Of a stretch of DNA of 64,000 nucleotides, positions 39,990 to 54,190 are shown piece after piece. The first letter of the stretch is position 1. The number at the start of each line of letters is the position of its first letter. Both the position numbers and the translations under genes were made by a program. Below the pieces are notes generated by a model that saw only the letters and a list, made by a program, of their open reading frames with translations, did not search any database and was not told where the DNA came from. This DNA is from Nymphaea colorata (Eukaryota): the NCBI RefSeq assembly GCF_008831285.2, contig NC_045138.2, positions 6,758,001-6,822,000 on the forward strand. Reading direction: 5' to 3'.

Positions 39990-42900
39990 GATTGGGCTTG
40001 CCCCCAAACTCGTACACGAGAAAGACAATGTACAATATCGTCCAATGCATCCCACAAGGTACCTTTATCAAGCCCCTCTCACTCAACCAATACCTCTGAT
40101 CTTGGCTACCCATTACACACCTCCTATCGATGTCGTAATATCTGGTAAGGTACAGGTTGCTGATTAGGAACATCTTTAATCTTAGTTGGCAAGTCTACAT
40201 GGTGTGGTTTAAGCTTAGTAACATGGAGAATGGAATGGACTTGCGCAGTGGCTGGCAAGGCTAGTCGATACGTGGCTTTTTCTATTTTCTGTAGCACCCG
40301 AAATGACCCATAATATTTCAGCAACAACTTAGGATATAGCTGCCCCATCAAGAATCTCTGCCTCATGACTAACCATTTCAGCCAAACATAATTACCTAAA
40401 GCAAATTCCATGTCCTGTCTTTCCTTACTGAAGACCTGCTGCATTTGGTTATTGGTAATATTTTGTCGTAGAGAGTTGATGATCTCATTGCGGTTCCTTA
40501 ACTCGTAGTGCACTGTATCATCCAGCGCGGTGCCTCCTTTATAGTATGGAATGAATGGTGGAGGATAGCCGTATAGAGCCCCATGAGGACTAATTTCGAT
40601 GGTAGAATTGGTACTTGAGTTGTAAGGCCACTCAGCCCATGACAAGTACCTAACCCATGTACTCGGCCTATCCTCGGGGAATAGGGTTGCACAACGAGTC
40701 GAGTCAACTCGGGTCGAGCTCGACTCGTTTATAAATGGGTCGAGTTCAAGCTTACAACGATACTCGAATAAGTAAACGAATCGAGTTCGAGTTTTAAGAA
40801 CTCGACTCGTTTATACTCGACTCGACTCGTTTTTATAAAACCGGTTAAATCTTAAAAATTGATACACCAACTTATCAAAACCGGTTCACCGGTTTAGGGT
40901 AAAAATTGGTCAGTTTTTTTTCTCTTCCCATTTCGATTCTTTGGTGTCTCTCTCTTCCATCGACCATCCTCAGTCCTCTCCATGACTCCACCAGTCCGCC
41001 GCACACTAGTTCCACCGTCTGGCCGGATTGCCATTGGTATCAGGTATGTTCCCTTCTTTTTCTTGTGCTCTTTCTTTGCCTCTCTCTCTCTCTTAAACTC
41101 TCGTGACCTCATCCACACAGGCTCACCCCCACAGGGGCTACACGGAACGACAGCACCACCGTCTGCATTTCCTCCTCCTTTTCCTTCTCTGCCACTGCCA
41201 CCACCACCAGCTCACCTCCACGCTCTGTCTAACGCCTGATGGTGTCTGCTAATGCCCCTGTCCTTCAAGGGTCAAAGTTTTGAATATCTTGCGTCTTTGC
41301 TTTCAAACAAAGTCTTGACTTCATCCTCTTCTTAATCATTTTTCTGCTTTTTATTTTGGCAGAAATCTTAGGATGAGATAAATATTAAGATCGTAATTGC
41401 TTCTAGAGGTGTGCTTCTGCTTGTTTAAATTTCTCCATGTATGCAAAATTTCCCTTTCATTTCAAGAGTTCGTCTTACTCATTCATTTTTTCTCTTTTTC
41501 CATTTTTCTCAGAAGTTGAAAACAGACTGCTAACAATCTAAATCGCTGTTCTGAAAGGTAACTTCTTCTTTCCCAAGAACTAATAACCATTTCGATTGCT
41601 TTTGTCTCATCCTTATGTTTTTGGAGAGCCGAAGTTGCAATAGGCAAGATGTTGGATGTCTTTTTTTGGAGTTACCAAAACTAAATGAGTTACTCAGAGT
41701 TAAGCAACTCGGGCTCGACTTTGTATAATCGAGTCGAGCTCGAGCTTGTGTTAGGGAGCTCGACTCGAGTTCGAGCTCGAGCTGGGCAAGCTCGGGGCGA
41801 AGCACCTCAAATAGGTCTCCAGTGTTCGGTTTACTACTTCACTTTGCCCATCTGTTTGAGGATGATGGGTTGTGCTAAAGTGTACCTTAGTTCCAGGCAA
41901 CCTCATAAGCTCTTGCCAAAAGTTACTCAAAAAGATTGAGTCCCAATCACATAAGATAATATATGGAATCTCATACAACTTTCCCACATAGTCCTTGTAT
42001 ATGTTCACCATCAACGGTCCATTGTAATGCCGTGGAAGTGGTGCAAAATGGCTGTGTCTGGTGAGCCTACCCACCACTACCATCACACCCTCTTTACCTT
42101 CTGCTCGAGGCATGACCTCAATAAAATCCATCGAGATATCCACCCATGGTTGTGTTGGAATGGGAAGTGCGCACAAGTGTCCCGGTGGTTTCATAGTTTC
42201 ATGCATCTCTCGTTGACATACTTGGCACTGCTTGATGTAAGACCCGTTTTCATGCCTTCCTACCAAAACTGACATCGAATCCATGCTAAGGTCTTGGCCG
42301 CTCCTTCATGGTCTGCTACAACGGTAGAATGAAAGTGTTCCATAAGCTCTCGGGTGAGAAAGGATTCCCGTGGGATAACCGCCCGTCCCTTGCGACATAG
42401 AATGTTTCCCTTTTTTGATTGGTTCGAGACAAACCCGACATTTTGTTGCAGTGATGCCTTCCGCAACCAGAGGCTATCCTTAGCATCCTGCTAGCCACCT
42501 TTTCGGGTCCTCTTTTATACTCTATCACAAAGTCGTACCTTAATAACTTGGCTAGCCACCTTTGTTGCGTTGGGGTAGATACTCGTTGGCTCATCATATA
42601 CTTCAAACTGTTGTGGTTACAAACTTTCAACCTAGAAAGTACGGTCGCCATTTTTCCACCGCTAGAACTATAGCTAATAGTTCTTTCTCATATGTTGATA
42701 GGGGTCTGGCCCTGCTGGTCAATTCCTTATACATGTACGCGATCGGGTGCCCTTTTTGACTTAGGACTGCCCCTACACCAATGTTGCTTGCATTGATCTC
42801 AATGTAAAGACCAACTCTAAGTTTGACAGTGCTAGAACCGGTGCCGATGTCAATGTTATCTTGAGTTGGCTCAAAGCCAGCCTGGATTTTTCTGACCATA

Positions 42901-45170
42901 CAAATGGTCATTTCTTCAACATTTGGGTTAAGGTACGGCTATCGACCCATAACCTTTGATAAATCTCCGATAATAACCAGTGAGTCTGAGGAATCCTCTT
43001 AGACCTTTCGGGTCTTCAGGTATAGGCCATCTCTCCACTGCTAACAATTTGTCCAGTTCAGCCCTAACACCACCATGGGATATAACATGTCTCAAATTTT
43101 CTACACAGATCTGCCCAAATGTGCATTTTGACATCTTTGCATATGGCTGATTGTCCTTCAAGATTTGCAACACCGTCGTCAAATGCTTCACATGTTGCTC
43201 CAAATTTGGGCTGTACACTAGGATGTCGTCGAAAAAGATGAGTACAAAATGCCTCAAGTAGTCCCTAAATAAGTCATTCATGCACCTCTGAAATGTTGTC
43301 GGTGCATTTGTCAGGCCAAAGGGCACTACGAGACATTCATAGTGCTCATTATGTGTTCTAAAGGCTGTTTTTGGGTTGTCCTCTTTCATGCGGATTTGGT
43401 GGTATCCAACCCATAAATCCATCTTTGAAAAGTATGATGCTCCTGCCAATTCATCTAAAAACTCATCAATGACAGAAATTGGATGCTTGTCCTTGACTAT
43501 AACTTCGTTGAGGGTGCGGTAGTCAATGTAAAACCGCCATGTGCTGTCTTTCTTTTTAACCAAGAGGACTGGTAAAGAAAACAGACTATTACTAGGTCAT
43601 ATCACCCCACTTTCGAACATCTCTTCAATCAAACGTCCAATCTCAGCCTTTTGACAATGTGCACATCTATAAAGCCTGACACTGACAGCTTTGGCCCCTG
43701 TCGTCAATGTTATGCGGTGATCATGCGATAGCTTGGGAGATAGGTTGGTCGGCTCGGCGAAGACTTCTGGAAATTCTCCCAAGACTTGCTGCACACAGCT
43801 GGGTATCTCATCACTGTCCTCGGCTGTAGGGACTATGTCTTGCACCATGGAAACCAGCCACCACACTGGCTGCTGCACTACTAGGGTTTTCATCGCCATC
43901 TTTGGGTCAACATGAGTCTCGACGTTACTAAAGTGACTTGGCCGTCACCATCCTACTTGGAGAAGGACATCATTATCTCATCAAAGTCCCAAGTAATTCT
44001 ACCTAAGGTTTTCATCCATTGCATCCCTAGCACCACGTCTACACCCCCTATCAGCAATACAAACAAGTCAACCTTAAGGGGAATTTTCTTCATGACTAGC
44101 TTGACTTCTTTGCACACTTCACTACATGATAGGTGGGATCCATCACCAACCATCACATTCAAAGAAGTTTGAGGCCTTGTCTTACATCCGATAGCTTGAG
44201 CAATCTCGGTACTCATGAAATTATGAGTAGCTGTCATATCTAAGAGGACTACCACTTGATAATCGTTGATCTTACCAATGACCCTCATAGAGTTGGGTCC
44301 ATTCGGATCAATTAGGTTGTGACACAAGCCATCTATTTCAGCCAATAAGTCTGAGTCGGTCCTCAATTCCAAGTCGTCAATTAGATCCTCTTTCACTTCC
44401 AGTTGTTCCTCCTCTTCCTCTTCGCCGTCCTTTGCCAAGAACATTTTGTAGGACTTACATGTATGTCCACGGTGCCATTTTTTAAAGCAATAGAAGCATA
44501 ACCCTTTCTTGACCCTTTCAACCCTTTATTGCTGGGTTATGTACTGTGTTTTTGGTGCAGTAAAGGTGGGTTGTGGTACCTCCTTTTTCTTAAAAGGGGA
44601 CTGAACCCTTATGTCCAGTGGCCTGACCCGATGTGGATCGAACACCTTGTTTTGCTTCTAGTGCGTATAATCTTCTATTCTTTTCTTTGGTGTTTCTTGC
44701 TAATCTGAAACATTCCCTTGGGTACCTTGGGTTACGGGGTTGTTGTGAAAGTACTTCAATCTGAATCTCTTCTTTTAAGCCCCCTATGAAAGCACCGATT
44801 CGTGCGCCCTCTTGCCAACCCGTCACCATGCAAGCTAGCTTCTTTAATTTGCTTTGATAGTCTTGCACGGATGGTGTATGTTTTAAATCTTCTAACTCCA
44901 CATCAAAGTTGGCAAAACCCGATTCTCCAAACTGGTTTAAAAGTTCCTACCGAAATAGAATCCATCCTAGACCCAGGTGGTCATGATTTAACCGCCTAAA
45001 TCTCTGCATAGCTTCGTCTTCGAAGTGCAGCACAGCATATGCCACCCATTGGTCACGTGGTACTAACTGACACTGAAAGTACTGCTCAGCTTTGAAGACC
45101 TAATCCTGCGCTTTACGTCCATTAAATTTAGGAAAGTCTACTTTGATGGCAGACATCGGAAAGTCTCCTT
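39990..45170 (-). pseudogene. Disrupted gag-pol polyprotein of the gypsy element
   Basis: Domain motifs split over many frames by stops and frameshifts (ORFs 44590-44901, 43953-44444, 43597-43899, 42928-43563, 42627-42911, 42316-42651, 42260-42466, 41751-42284, 40124-40645). Confidence 0.9.
40682..41790. mobile_element. Non-autonomous hAT-like DNA transposon nested in the gypsy integrase
   Basis: Starts tagggttgca; both ends dense in ctcgag/gactcg motifs; flanked by ctcgggga / ctcggggc. Removing it rejoins integrase YLRCFAP|EDRPSTWVRYLSWAEW. Right TIR missing. Confidence 0.8.
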
Positions 45171-45537
45171 GATTTCCTTCCCGTTGGCCACCTTGTCCTA
45201 CCGGATTTCTCCTTGCTTAATTCGGTCCGAAGTCCTCCTCAAGGTCCTTCCAATTGGGTGCATTTCCTACTGGAATGGGGTTATGGCACTTAATTCATGA
45301 ACTGTCGTTGTCTGATCTTTGTTGTGCAAATTTCCTCATGCAATTGAAACGTAGAGTTCAAAAGATCCAGATATTTTAAAACTTGTTCGAATTTGGAAGT
45401 ATAAATTCACAAATCTCGATCCCTCAAAATCGAAGTGGCGGAGCCAATATATATATATATATATATAAAATGTTTAAGATGTCCATTTAGAAATAAAGAA
45501 ATTTTAAAACACTCACCATATGGCTCCGCCACAGGCG

Positions 45538-45538
<1 letters not shown>

Positions 45539-45614
<76 letters not shown>
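45539..45614. repeat. (TA)n microsatellite between duplicated MITE ends
   Basis: Direct reading; 45469-45540 is repeated at 45615-45685. Confidence 0.9.
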
Positions 45615-45616
<2 letters not shown>

Positions 45617-48600
45617 GTTTAAGATGTCCATTTAGAAATAAAGAAATTTTAAAACACTCACCATGTGGCTCCGCCACAGGCGTTAGATGTCCCTGCCAGG
45701 GTGTTTGATAGGTGTAACTTTCTTCTCTGTGACTGAAAAAACTCTGCCCATTGTTGTGAAAATTGTTTTGTTAATTAAAAAAAGGATCGTTGTGGATTGG
45801 GCGGAATGGCAGTCCACTTCAAAAGGATCTCTGGTCATTGTCACAACTCAGTGTGCTAATTCTCAAAACATAAAAGGTCCCGAAGCTTATTTTGTGAACC
45901 CCAGAGATGAGGAACACGGAGAAAGGTAGTGGAATCTCTTAGGGGTGGTGGAATTAAATTGATGAAACTGCCAATTCTCAAAGCAGCCAAGAGTTGGTTA
46001 TTTTGTTGTCGTGGCAGCAGGGTGGAGCCAGAAATTTTTTTCTATGGAACAGTAAATATATAATTAACAAATTTTCAATTGATCATAGAGTAGTGACCTT
46101 GATCTCATGGGGCTACTTCATACAATTAAACACAAGTTCACATAAATTTCAATACTAAATTAATGTTTCAAAGAATGGGCTCTATGGGGGCATATGTCCC
46201 ACGGAGACCCCATGTCCCTACGCCCCTGGCTGGGGGTGATCATGTTTTGTGGTGGGTGAGATTTCATGTTGCAGAAGAGTTTGAAACCATGAATTGCATG
46301 TTAGATGATCAATAAATACAGAGTGCACCGTATGAGCTATGACCAATGAACTTTTTTCCCCCAATGGACCCACTTCATGATTAGAGTTGCAAACTAGTCG
46401 AACTCGTGACAGCTAGCAAAATGCACCAAAACTTGACATCAGACTCCGTATCGAATATTGTAAGGAATCTTAGAGGGTTTAAATGAGGATTGCTCAATGA
46501 TTGGTTGTCCTAGTTTTTACTTTTTGTTTTGGAGTTAAAACAGAAACTATTAGGGGATGGGTAGGGATTCGGCAAAGCAAAGGCCCAAGCCGAGAATGAA
46601 AGTGGGTCAGGTCATTACACAAGATGTAAACATAGGGATGCCCAAGGCAAAGACAAGGCCACCCCCTCCTTTCTAATGCCTCATATGTCTAGGGCTGCAT
46701 CAGTGTATGAATGTAGTACCAGTGCAGCATTTTGAGCTGTGACCCATCTCATGTTGCTTCAAAGCATACCACTCATAGGAATAGAACATATATACGACAT
46801 GAGACCATTACTCTCAATAGCCCAACCATCTAAGCTATGCCCTTCGAGGTAACAAAATCTTCGGACATCCTAAGACTCATAATATGACAACTGGGGCTAG
46901 ACAGGCCGGGAAGTGCTAATAAGTACTTGAATATGGATCCCTGTCATATCTTTCACAAGAAGAAACCACTTTTACTTCCACCTCAAAGTCAGAAATTAGT
47001 GCATATTATTCTGAACTTAGTTCAGGTAAAAATATTCGGTCTATCTATTAGTTTTCTTTTGCTCAAAGGTGTTTGGTGGGAAGAACAATGTGTTCCTGGA
47101 CACAATCTTCTATAACATTTGTTTCAAAGACACCGTTCTTCTTCTAAGAAATATAGTGTAATTATCTATCATGTTTTCTGTTAAGCCTGGGCATCAGGCC
47201 CGGGTAACCAACGGGTATCCGTTACCCGGCCCGATCGAGCTTGGGCCTGGGCCCGAAAAAACTGGCAGATCGGGCCCGGGCTCGAAAAAACCAGCCCGAG
47301 CCGGCCTGATAATGATTTTGAATCTGGACCTTGTTATATGTTAATTTATCATAAGAATCTAAGCGTTGTAGAAGCAAAAAACATAAGTAAAGCGCAAAAT
47401 TACAATAGTGAAACCCTAATTGCAATACATAACCCACCGCATGATTCAGAATTCAGAATTCCTAATCCAATTTTATGCAATTTGGATCAGATTCATACCC
47501 CATTTCTAGAACCAAATTTGGATACGGATCATGTAGTAATTGGCTCCCATATTTGAAAATCAAACCCAGATTCAGATTCAGCTTTGGGGAAGTGCCTAAC
47601 GCATTTGAATCTAATTAATGATCAGGTCCTATTTCTTTATCAGATCTGATGAAACAGATTTGAAATTGGATCCTAAGTTATCTATAACCCTAATGAAAGG
47701 TGGGTCAGACTTGGATCAGATATTAAGTAAAATGTCAGATTCATTCACAACCTCTACAGAGTCATTTGGGGGACCAACTCGTTCTGAATGAAATAATATA
47801 TTATAAGCCATGAATGCCAACTACCATACAAGGAGGAGATCACAATAATGCAAAGAATGCTAATTTATTATGGTACAAAAATTTGGTGCATTATATAATC
47901 AATGCATAGTAGCTGCTCTCTCTATGTTGCTTGTGTGGAGAAGAAGAGACAGAGGGTCACTTCAAAAACAGACTTGAGGGCAGTGTGTAATTACGACAAA
48001 ACAAATGAACATTTTCATTTCATGCTTAACCTTTTGCCTATAATTGCAAAAGTGATCAACATTTCTTTTTCTATAAAATCATCTTTTTCATAAAAAAAAG
48101 AGAGACCCAAAAAAAAAAGTTGGCTGCAATCTTCTTCAACGGCCGATGGGATAGTAGAAACCACTTAAAGAACGAACGAAACCCTCCCCCCTCCTCTTTC
48201 TCTAGTCCAAGGTTACTTTGGGACCTAGGTAAACCCATCATATACCTGTCAATTAGAGTATCATACTACCTTCGATTGCAGTATAAAAAAGTAGTACCTA
48301 TGTGCAATCTTGCTTATATATTAAGTTACTGTTTTACCCTTTTAAGTGACATATTAGAAATTGCTAAGAATGGAGAAATGTAAGAAGGAGGAGAGGGTGG
48401 GGTTAAATGAAAACGATTTCTCTGTTGTGTCGTAACATAGGAAAACATGTTCCCATAGTTTAAACCTAAAGGGTATTTTGGTTATTTTGTTGAAATATTT
48501 TTTTAACCCATAGCATTTTTCCTTTGTAAAGAAATTCCATTTAGTGAATAGGGGTATTTTTGTCATTTTCGGTCTGTAACACATGGCCCCTTGTTATGAG

Positions 48601-50616
48601 CCATAACGTATATTCTGCTCAAGCGGAAGACACCTTATTTTAAAAAATTATAAAGAATGGTTCCTTTTTTGGAATTATAGGTAAGAGGTGCTAAAGGGGG
48701 AACTTCCCAAACTGAACCAATAATTGCCCTATATGTGGCTGATGCTGGGAAGGCAAATGCTGGAGTCCCCAAAAATTTTTGGGATCTAGAAACCAGACAT
48801 TAACTAAACAACAATGCAAATTTCATGATCTTGGGTACCTTTTTCATGCTGCCAAACAGCCTCACCTATGCCATTGTTTCTCCCTTCACAGGCAAGAGAA
48901 CTCCAGGCTCCCAAGTTTCACACTGTGCAGGAACATCTAAGATCATGATACTGGTTCATTTTCTTCCAGCAATGTGAACGGTCAAATAGATCATGATCTT
49001 GGTTCACAATAACCATGATATTGTTCTTACGAGAAGGTCTAAACAAAGGTGATCAGTGCAAGTAGCTTTGTGGAGTAAACTGGGTCCATCCCCAAGGCTT
49101 TGAATGGGTCAGGCCTGGCCTGATTATCGGGATTACTGAACCCAAAATGGGCTCACTTAGATTAATCATTCTGGAGTAGGATCACACCAGCTGAAACAGA
49201 ATATAGATCTTAGAGGTTTCAAATTTGACATTGAATTCAGATTTAGGTTCAAGTTGAGATTTGGTTCCGAAGCAAATAGCTTTTATTTATGCCCGAACTG
49301 GATTTGGTCATCGAATCCAACAAAAGGAAGTTGAATTTGTTCGGATATCTACACTGGATCTGAACTATTCTTCGGTGAGTAAGAAGAGTATTTCATTCTA
49401 CCACCCAAAACCTCCATCCAACTCCTCGACCCTTTAAAATATTGAACTTACTTTTAGTACCTCGGGATACCGCTTCAACTTGTAGGTCTTTAAACCCGGT
49501 TTTGCAGCCATTTACATCCCCATTTCAATTAAAATCTAATGTACTCACTGACTTGATCCTCAATCTTATCAGTCTGATATGGTCAAATTTCTTTATGACA
49601 GGGCGGCGAAGTACAGAGCGGAGCAGGTAATGGGTGAGAAAATGACTTCTTGTGTCCACTTAAGGGGTGAGGTCCACTCGCAAGAATTATCAAGCCGACA
49701 GGACGTCACAAGTTCAAACCCCACAATGAATGCACTTACTTACTCCTAATCTTCTAATCCTACCTAATCTGTACTGTCAGATCCTACGTTGATTTAGCTC
49801 AGTATATATATGTTGCATTAATAGTTAATAAATACTGTTAAGATCTTGCCAAAATGCATCTTCATCATTCTTTTTTCGTCTGAAAGTAATTTAAAAAAGC
49901 CGTTGACGCTTGACTACATCCGACTCAAATCGAATATATTGACATCCCTAACCAGCAATTTGTGCCTACCTCCCTTGTGCCAATGGGTGGGTCCAGTATA
50001 CTAGTTAACGTGCACTATGGACCCTAGGATAAGAGAAGAAGGTGGCGAAGGGGTTTGGTTCTAGTGGTAGATACTCATCATTCATCAACAAATGATGACT
50101 CATCTTTTCTTCTAGCAGAAAATATTAATTTTTTAGTATAAAATAAGAATAATATCTTTGGTGGTGGGCTAAGGAATGTATGGTTCATTAAGAAAGGCAA
50201 TTTTTATGTAAAAAATTAATGATTTCTAACAATAGGTGGCTCTTTGATATTTTTTTTTCATAAGTTCAGCGCATATATATATGAACTTTTGAAGTTGAGT
50301 AGTTATTTGTTATTTGCTCAAACGATAAACACCATTTTCTGACAATTTCTTCCCATTTTTCTCAATTGAAGAAAAATAATTAAAATATTTATATTGATTT
50401 AAGGAAAATCCAAATCTAAAGAAGCTTCTAAACTTGTATCGGCTGTAGGATATACATCCGCAATGCAGGACAACATTAACAACATTTTTGGTTTCTCACC
50501 TTAAGATATTTCTCTTTCTATCACTTTTTGCTTGAATGCTCACCCCTAAGCATTTAATAGAAAGAGAAAGGACATTGTTAGAATTGTTTCAAAAGTTAGT
50601 TGTCAATATTTAGTTG

Positions 50617-50673
<57 letters not shown>

Positions 50674-50704
50674 GCGTGTAAATCCTAGCTATTTGAATTT
50701 CTAA

Positions 50705-51688
50705 CTGTTGGAGTAATCTTTTTCTTCACTTGCGAGTATGCAAAATAAAGCCAAAGAAGGAACACAAGGATTGTGTAACTTTATGCAGTTCTTGAATGAC
50801 TGTATATCCTTCAGGCCTCCAAGATGCAGATAGCAAGGAAATGCAGAGGAAGACCAACAACTAACATTCACTTGGGCAGGATGCCTATGGCACTCTTGCA
50901 CCAACAGAACTGGCTAAGAAGTCTGACGAAGATGGCAGGCAACTCATCAACTAGGATCTGCCACAGGAGCATCATTTTCCTTTTCCGGCACCACATCAAA
51001 AGCTCCAAAAGGGCTTCTGCATTTGAATTCATGACTAATTAATGGTTCTCTAGTGAACTTCAGTTCATTTACAAGGAATTGTACAAGCAATTGAATGTCT
51101 GCATCATTGATGTGACCTGTGAAATGTTCATTTGAAGATCAAACGCAATAATATCTCACTCACCAACAGAACTGGCTAACAAGTCATACACAGATGGCAG
51201 GTAACTGATCAACTAGAATCTGCCACAGGATCATCATTTTCCTTTTCTGGCATCGTGTCAAAGGCTCCCAAAGGATTTCTGCATATGAATTCATGGCTAA
51301 TTAATGGTTCTCTAGCGAACTTCAGTTCATTTACAGGGAAGTGTACAAGCAATTGAATGTCTGCATCATTGATGTGACTTGTGAAATGTTCATTTGAAGA
51401 TCAAGCCCAAGAATATCTTACTAGATCATGATTTTGCACCAAAGATTTCTGGTTTTGGCTTAGCAGAATTGAATGGAAAGGAAAAGAATGGGGTTTGTAT
51501 TGCAGCAGGAAAGGGCACAATAAGATATATTTCACTGGAGATGCCTAAATAATATCTCTCAGAAGTTTATACCTTTAGACTTGACATATTTGGAACCAGA
51601 AAACACAGAGAATCAAATGTTGGCATCTTCAGTGAAAGCTTGAAGGAATTGGAAAAGGAAAATTCTACAAAGATAATAGTGACAGCGT
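50705..51688 (+). pseudogene. LRK10L-2-like kinase pseudogene, copy B, with internal 262-bp duplication
   Basis: Same motifs as copy A: QFLNDC.SFRPPRC, GIVQAIECLHH*CDL*NVHLKIK, KIKPKNILLDHDFAPKISGFGLA. The block starting caccaacagaactggctaa occurs at 50899 and again at 51161. Confidence 0.85.
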
Positions 51689-51987
51689 CTACCGAAGGGA
51701 AAATTGTCTCGCTTTTGGGTTATAGTGATCTGATACCAACTAATAGGATCTGACCTTGTAGTGACCAAGAAACTACCGAAGGCTGATCCTCCTCCCAATA
51801 TCTCTTGGAGTGGGATGCTAGGTTGGTTAAATAATCAAGCCTTATAATATTTTTCCCTGGCCAGACAACAACCCCAGCGCAAAATCATCCCTAGGTCAAG
51901 GGTACAAGTGGGTTTCTCGGCCCAAGTTATAGCCTACTACAAATGCTAAGGGGTTTGAGGCTTAATACAAGCGTATGCGATACATTA

Positions 51988-54190
51988 GGGCCCGTTTGAT
52001 GGCCTGGAAATTTGGAATTGAAAATATTTTTCTAGAAATATATTTCTTGGAATAAAGGATTGAGAAAAATCTTTTCGATTCTCATTTTGATGTGTGTGTG
52101 ATGACTGAGAAATATATTCCCAAAAATGTATTTCTATGTTTGATGATAAAGAAATATATTTCCAGATTTTCAAGAAAATTATTTCTTAGTTTGATAATAA
52201 GGAAACATATTTCCATATTTACATAATCTTTTGATATAATTTCTTAAGCACACGGATAAATAATAAACAATTTACCAAACCACGACCAGCGATGTAATGA
52301 ACATAAAGATCAACTCCTAGTTATTCAACAACTATAATCTTAATATGATAACTGCACATTTTGGCTTATGATACGGGTGTGTTTGTGTCTGTGTGTGTAT
52401 CAGTTGCTTAAAACGTAAATGATAACAACATCAATTGCAACTTGTTTGCAGCTTAAGAAATATTGAACGAACTAAGAGCCTGAGATGCAAAACATTAATC
52501 TTGCTCTTTAGTTTGATGAGTTGGTGGTCCTACTTTCTGATGCGGTAGGATCCGATTCTTGTTGAACATGTGTTGATGATGGTATAGGAGAATTACTGTT
52601 CAACATTTGTGTGAAAGATACATTTTCATCAAACATTTACCCCAAAACCAGGTGTATGGGTTATAGGGGTCGCGGGTGCTTGATTAGTCTCTAAGTCTTC
52701 AGTCATCATGTATGAAGTACAATTAAAATTGTCACGACCTCTCTCAGTTGATTGGCCATACACTTCATGTAACTGTTCATAACGTTTCCATTTTTGCCCT
52801 CCTTTGAATTTCTACCTCTTAGGGAATTTCTGCAGTTAGAATTTTAGTCACATATGTTGTATAATGTTATTGACATGATGATTAATTTCATACACTAAAT
52901 GTTCCCCAGCTTACCTGAATGTAGACGGCCCAAACTTCATTGTCAACATCTACACACTTGTTTGTTGGGTCCCAACCCAACCCACTTGTTGCCAAAATTT
53001 GCTTGCACACATTGTAGTCTGCTTTTGTAATCTTCAACTTCTTTTTTTTTTTTTTCGATTGTGAAATTTGGCCCAAACTTTTCTATCATCTTCTGTTCAA
53101 TTGTCTTATACGCTTTGGCTTTAAATTGCTGCCTAACTTCATGCCAGATAGTCGTGATTGCTGAACTAGAATATTTATAAGATATTCTAGTTGAGCATCA
53201 GTCCATATGAGACTATCATTTCTTGAGCTTGAACCTTACATAGGTAATACAGTACAAAAAGAAAAACAAAAACCAGTAATTGCAAACCCCAAAATAGAAA
53301 AAAAAAGTGCATAATATGATCAAAATAATTGGTATCTGTAAAAGACATTCAAAGTGCTTAAAGCTGATGAACTGAAAATGAAAATTTAAAATGTTTGCAG
53401 GAATGTTATTCTAACATAAATAGCTTCAGGCTCCATTACATATAGGCGTAGCTTATATGAAGTGCATGACAATGTAAGTGAGGGGGTTCACAGTCTCCGT
53501 TCACTGCAATATTATAAAGTGCACAAGAATTATGTGTTTGTCCTACGGCAATGTCTATTTGGATCTTTTACATTTAAAACTAATCTATTCCAACAAACTT
53601 GTTCTGTAGTAGCAGTTGCCTAACTCCTGCTAGTGCAAAACCTTCTTAAATATGACATTCATAGAGAGGTAGACACAAGCATCTTGATGCAGATAACACG
53701 ATTATACAGTTCCGATGAGAGTAAGAGCATGGTGTATGGCTAGCATCCAATGACCAACTTTCATTTTTTCTTTAACGTAATAGAAAAACTGCCACTGATT
53801 TTAACATGCAAAATTTGCAAAGTTATTGGTGCATCAGTTCCTTCATCTTTGTGTGCATCTTCTCATCCCAGGATGTCACGGTCCCCCTGCATTTGATATA
53901 CAAGGCTGTAGTATCTTCTCTATCTTCTCTGCGGAGCTAATTTATAGCAGCAGAAATTTTCCATATGAACGATTTCAGCAACTCTATCAGTTGCATGTTG
54001 CAGCAGAATCTCTGGGGAAACTAACGATAGTTGTAAGCCTTGTGGCATTCCATGAGGCGACAAAGAGGTTATTCATCGATTCAAACTCCCGTCTCCAGAC
54101 ACCAGATACTAAGAAAAGCATCAAAACCGTTCACATCCAAATCTACAAACAAAATCCAGGCATTCTGGAAGAAATTAAATCCAAGAAAAC
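51988..54190 (-). mobile_element. PIF/Harbinger transposon, one-ended remnant
   Basis: Begins GGGCCCGTTTGA directly after TTA (51985-51987); copy A has the empty site caatacatta|atcact at 36531-36546. Carries a Myb/SANT-like gene. Second TIR and DDE transposase not found. Confidence 0.85.
52500..53235 (-). pseudogene. Myb/SANT-like DNA-binding protein (Harbinger ORF1 type), disrupted
   Basis: WTDAQLEYLINILV...LKITKADYNVCKQILATSGLGWDPTNKCVDVDNEVWAVYIQ | GT-AG intron 52914-52830 | KFPKR*KFKGGQKWKRYEQLHEVYG. Frameshifts and a stop are present. Confidence 0.8.

Larger units (their letters stand above)
36285..45290 (-). mobile_element. Ty3/gypsy chromovirus (Reina/Tekay-like) remnant with nested insertions; 5' end truncated
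   Basis: Minus-strand domain order gag (~45170-44460), protease LLDMTATHNF (44444-43953), RT KTAFRTHNEHYE..PFGLTNAPTTFQ..FFDDILVYS (43563-42928), RNase H ASNIGVGAVLSQKGHPIAY..YEKELLA (42800-42500), integrase WVDISMDFI..HPQTDGQSEVVNRTLETYLRCF (42284-40124), chromodomain-like tail ending WGQAQSKEGG, PPT-like aaggagggtgga at 39988-39977. LTR-like DNA lies to the left and ends ...gatcctatCA at 36299. The left boundary is uncertain because 36.9-39.2 kb may be unrelated inserts. Confidence 0.9.
45292..51987 (+). repeat. Segmental tandem duplication, copy B
   Basis: Colinear with 28066-36540, including the PBS and first ~240 bp of LTR (51727-51987). Several private indels. Confidence 0.92.

Noticed and set aside
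39231..40148. Overlapping 110-190 aa ORFs on both strands
   Set aside because: They lie in GC-rich LTR-like DNA past the PPT; only the WDALDD...WGQAQSKEGG part is pol remnant.
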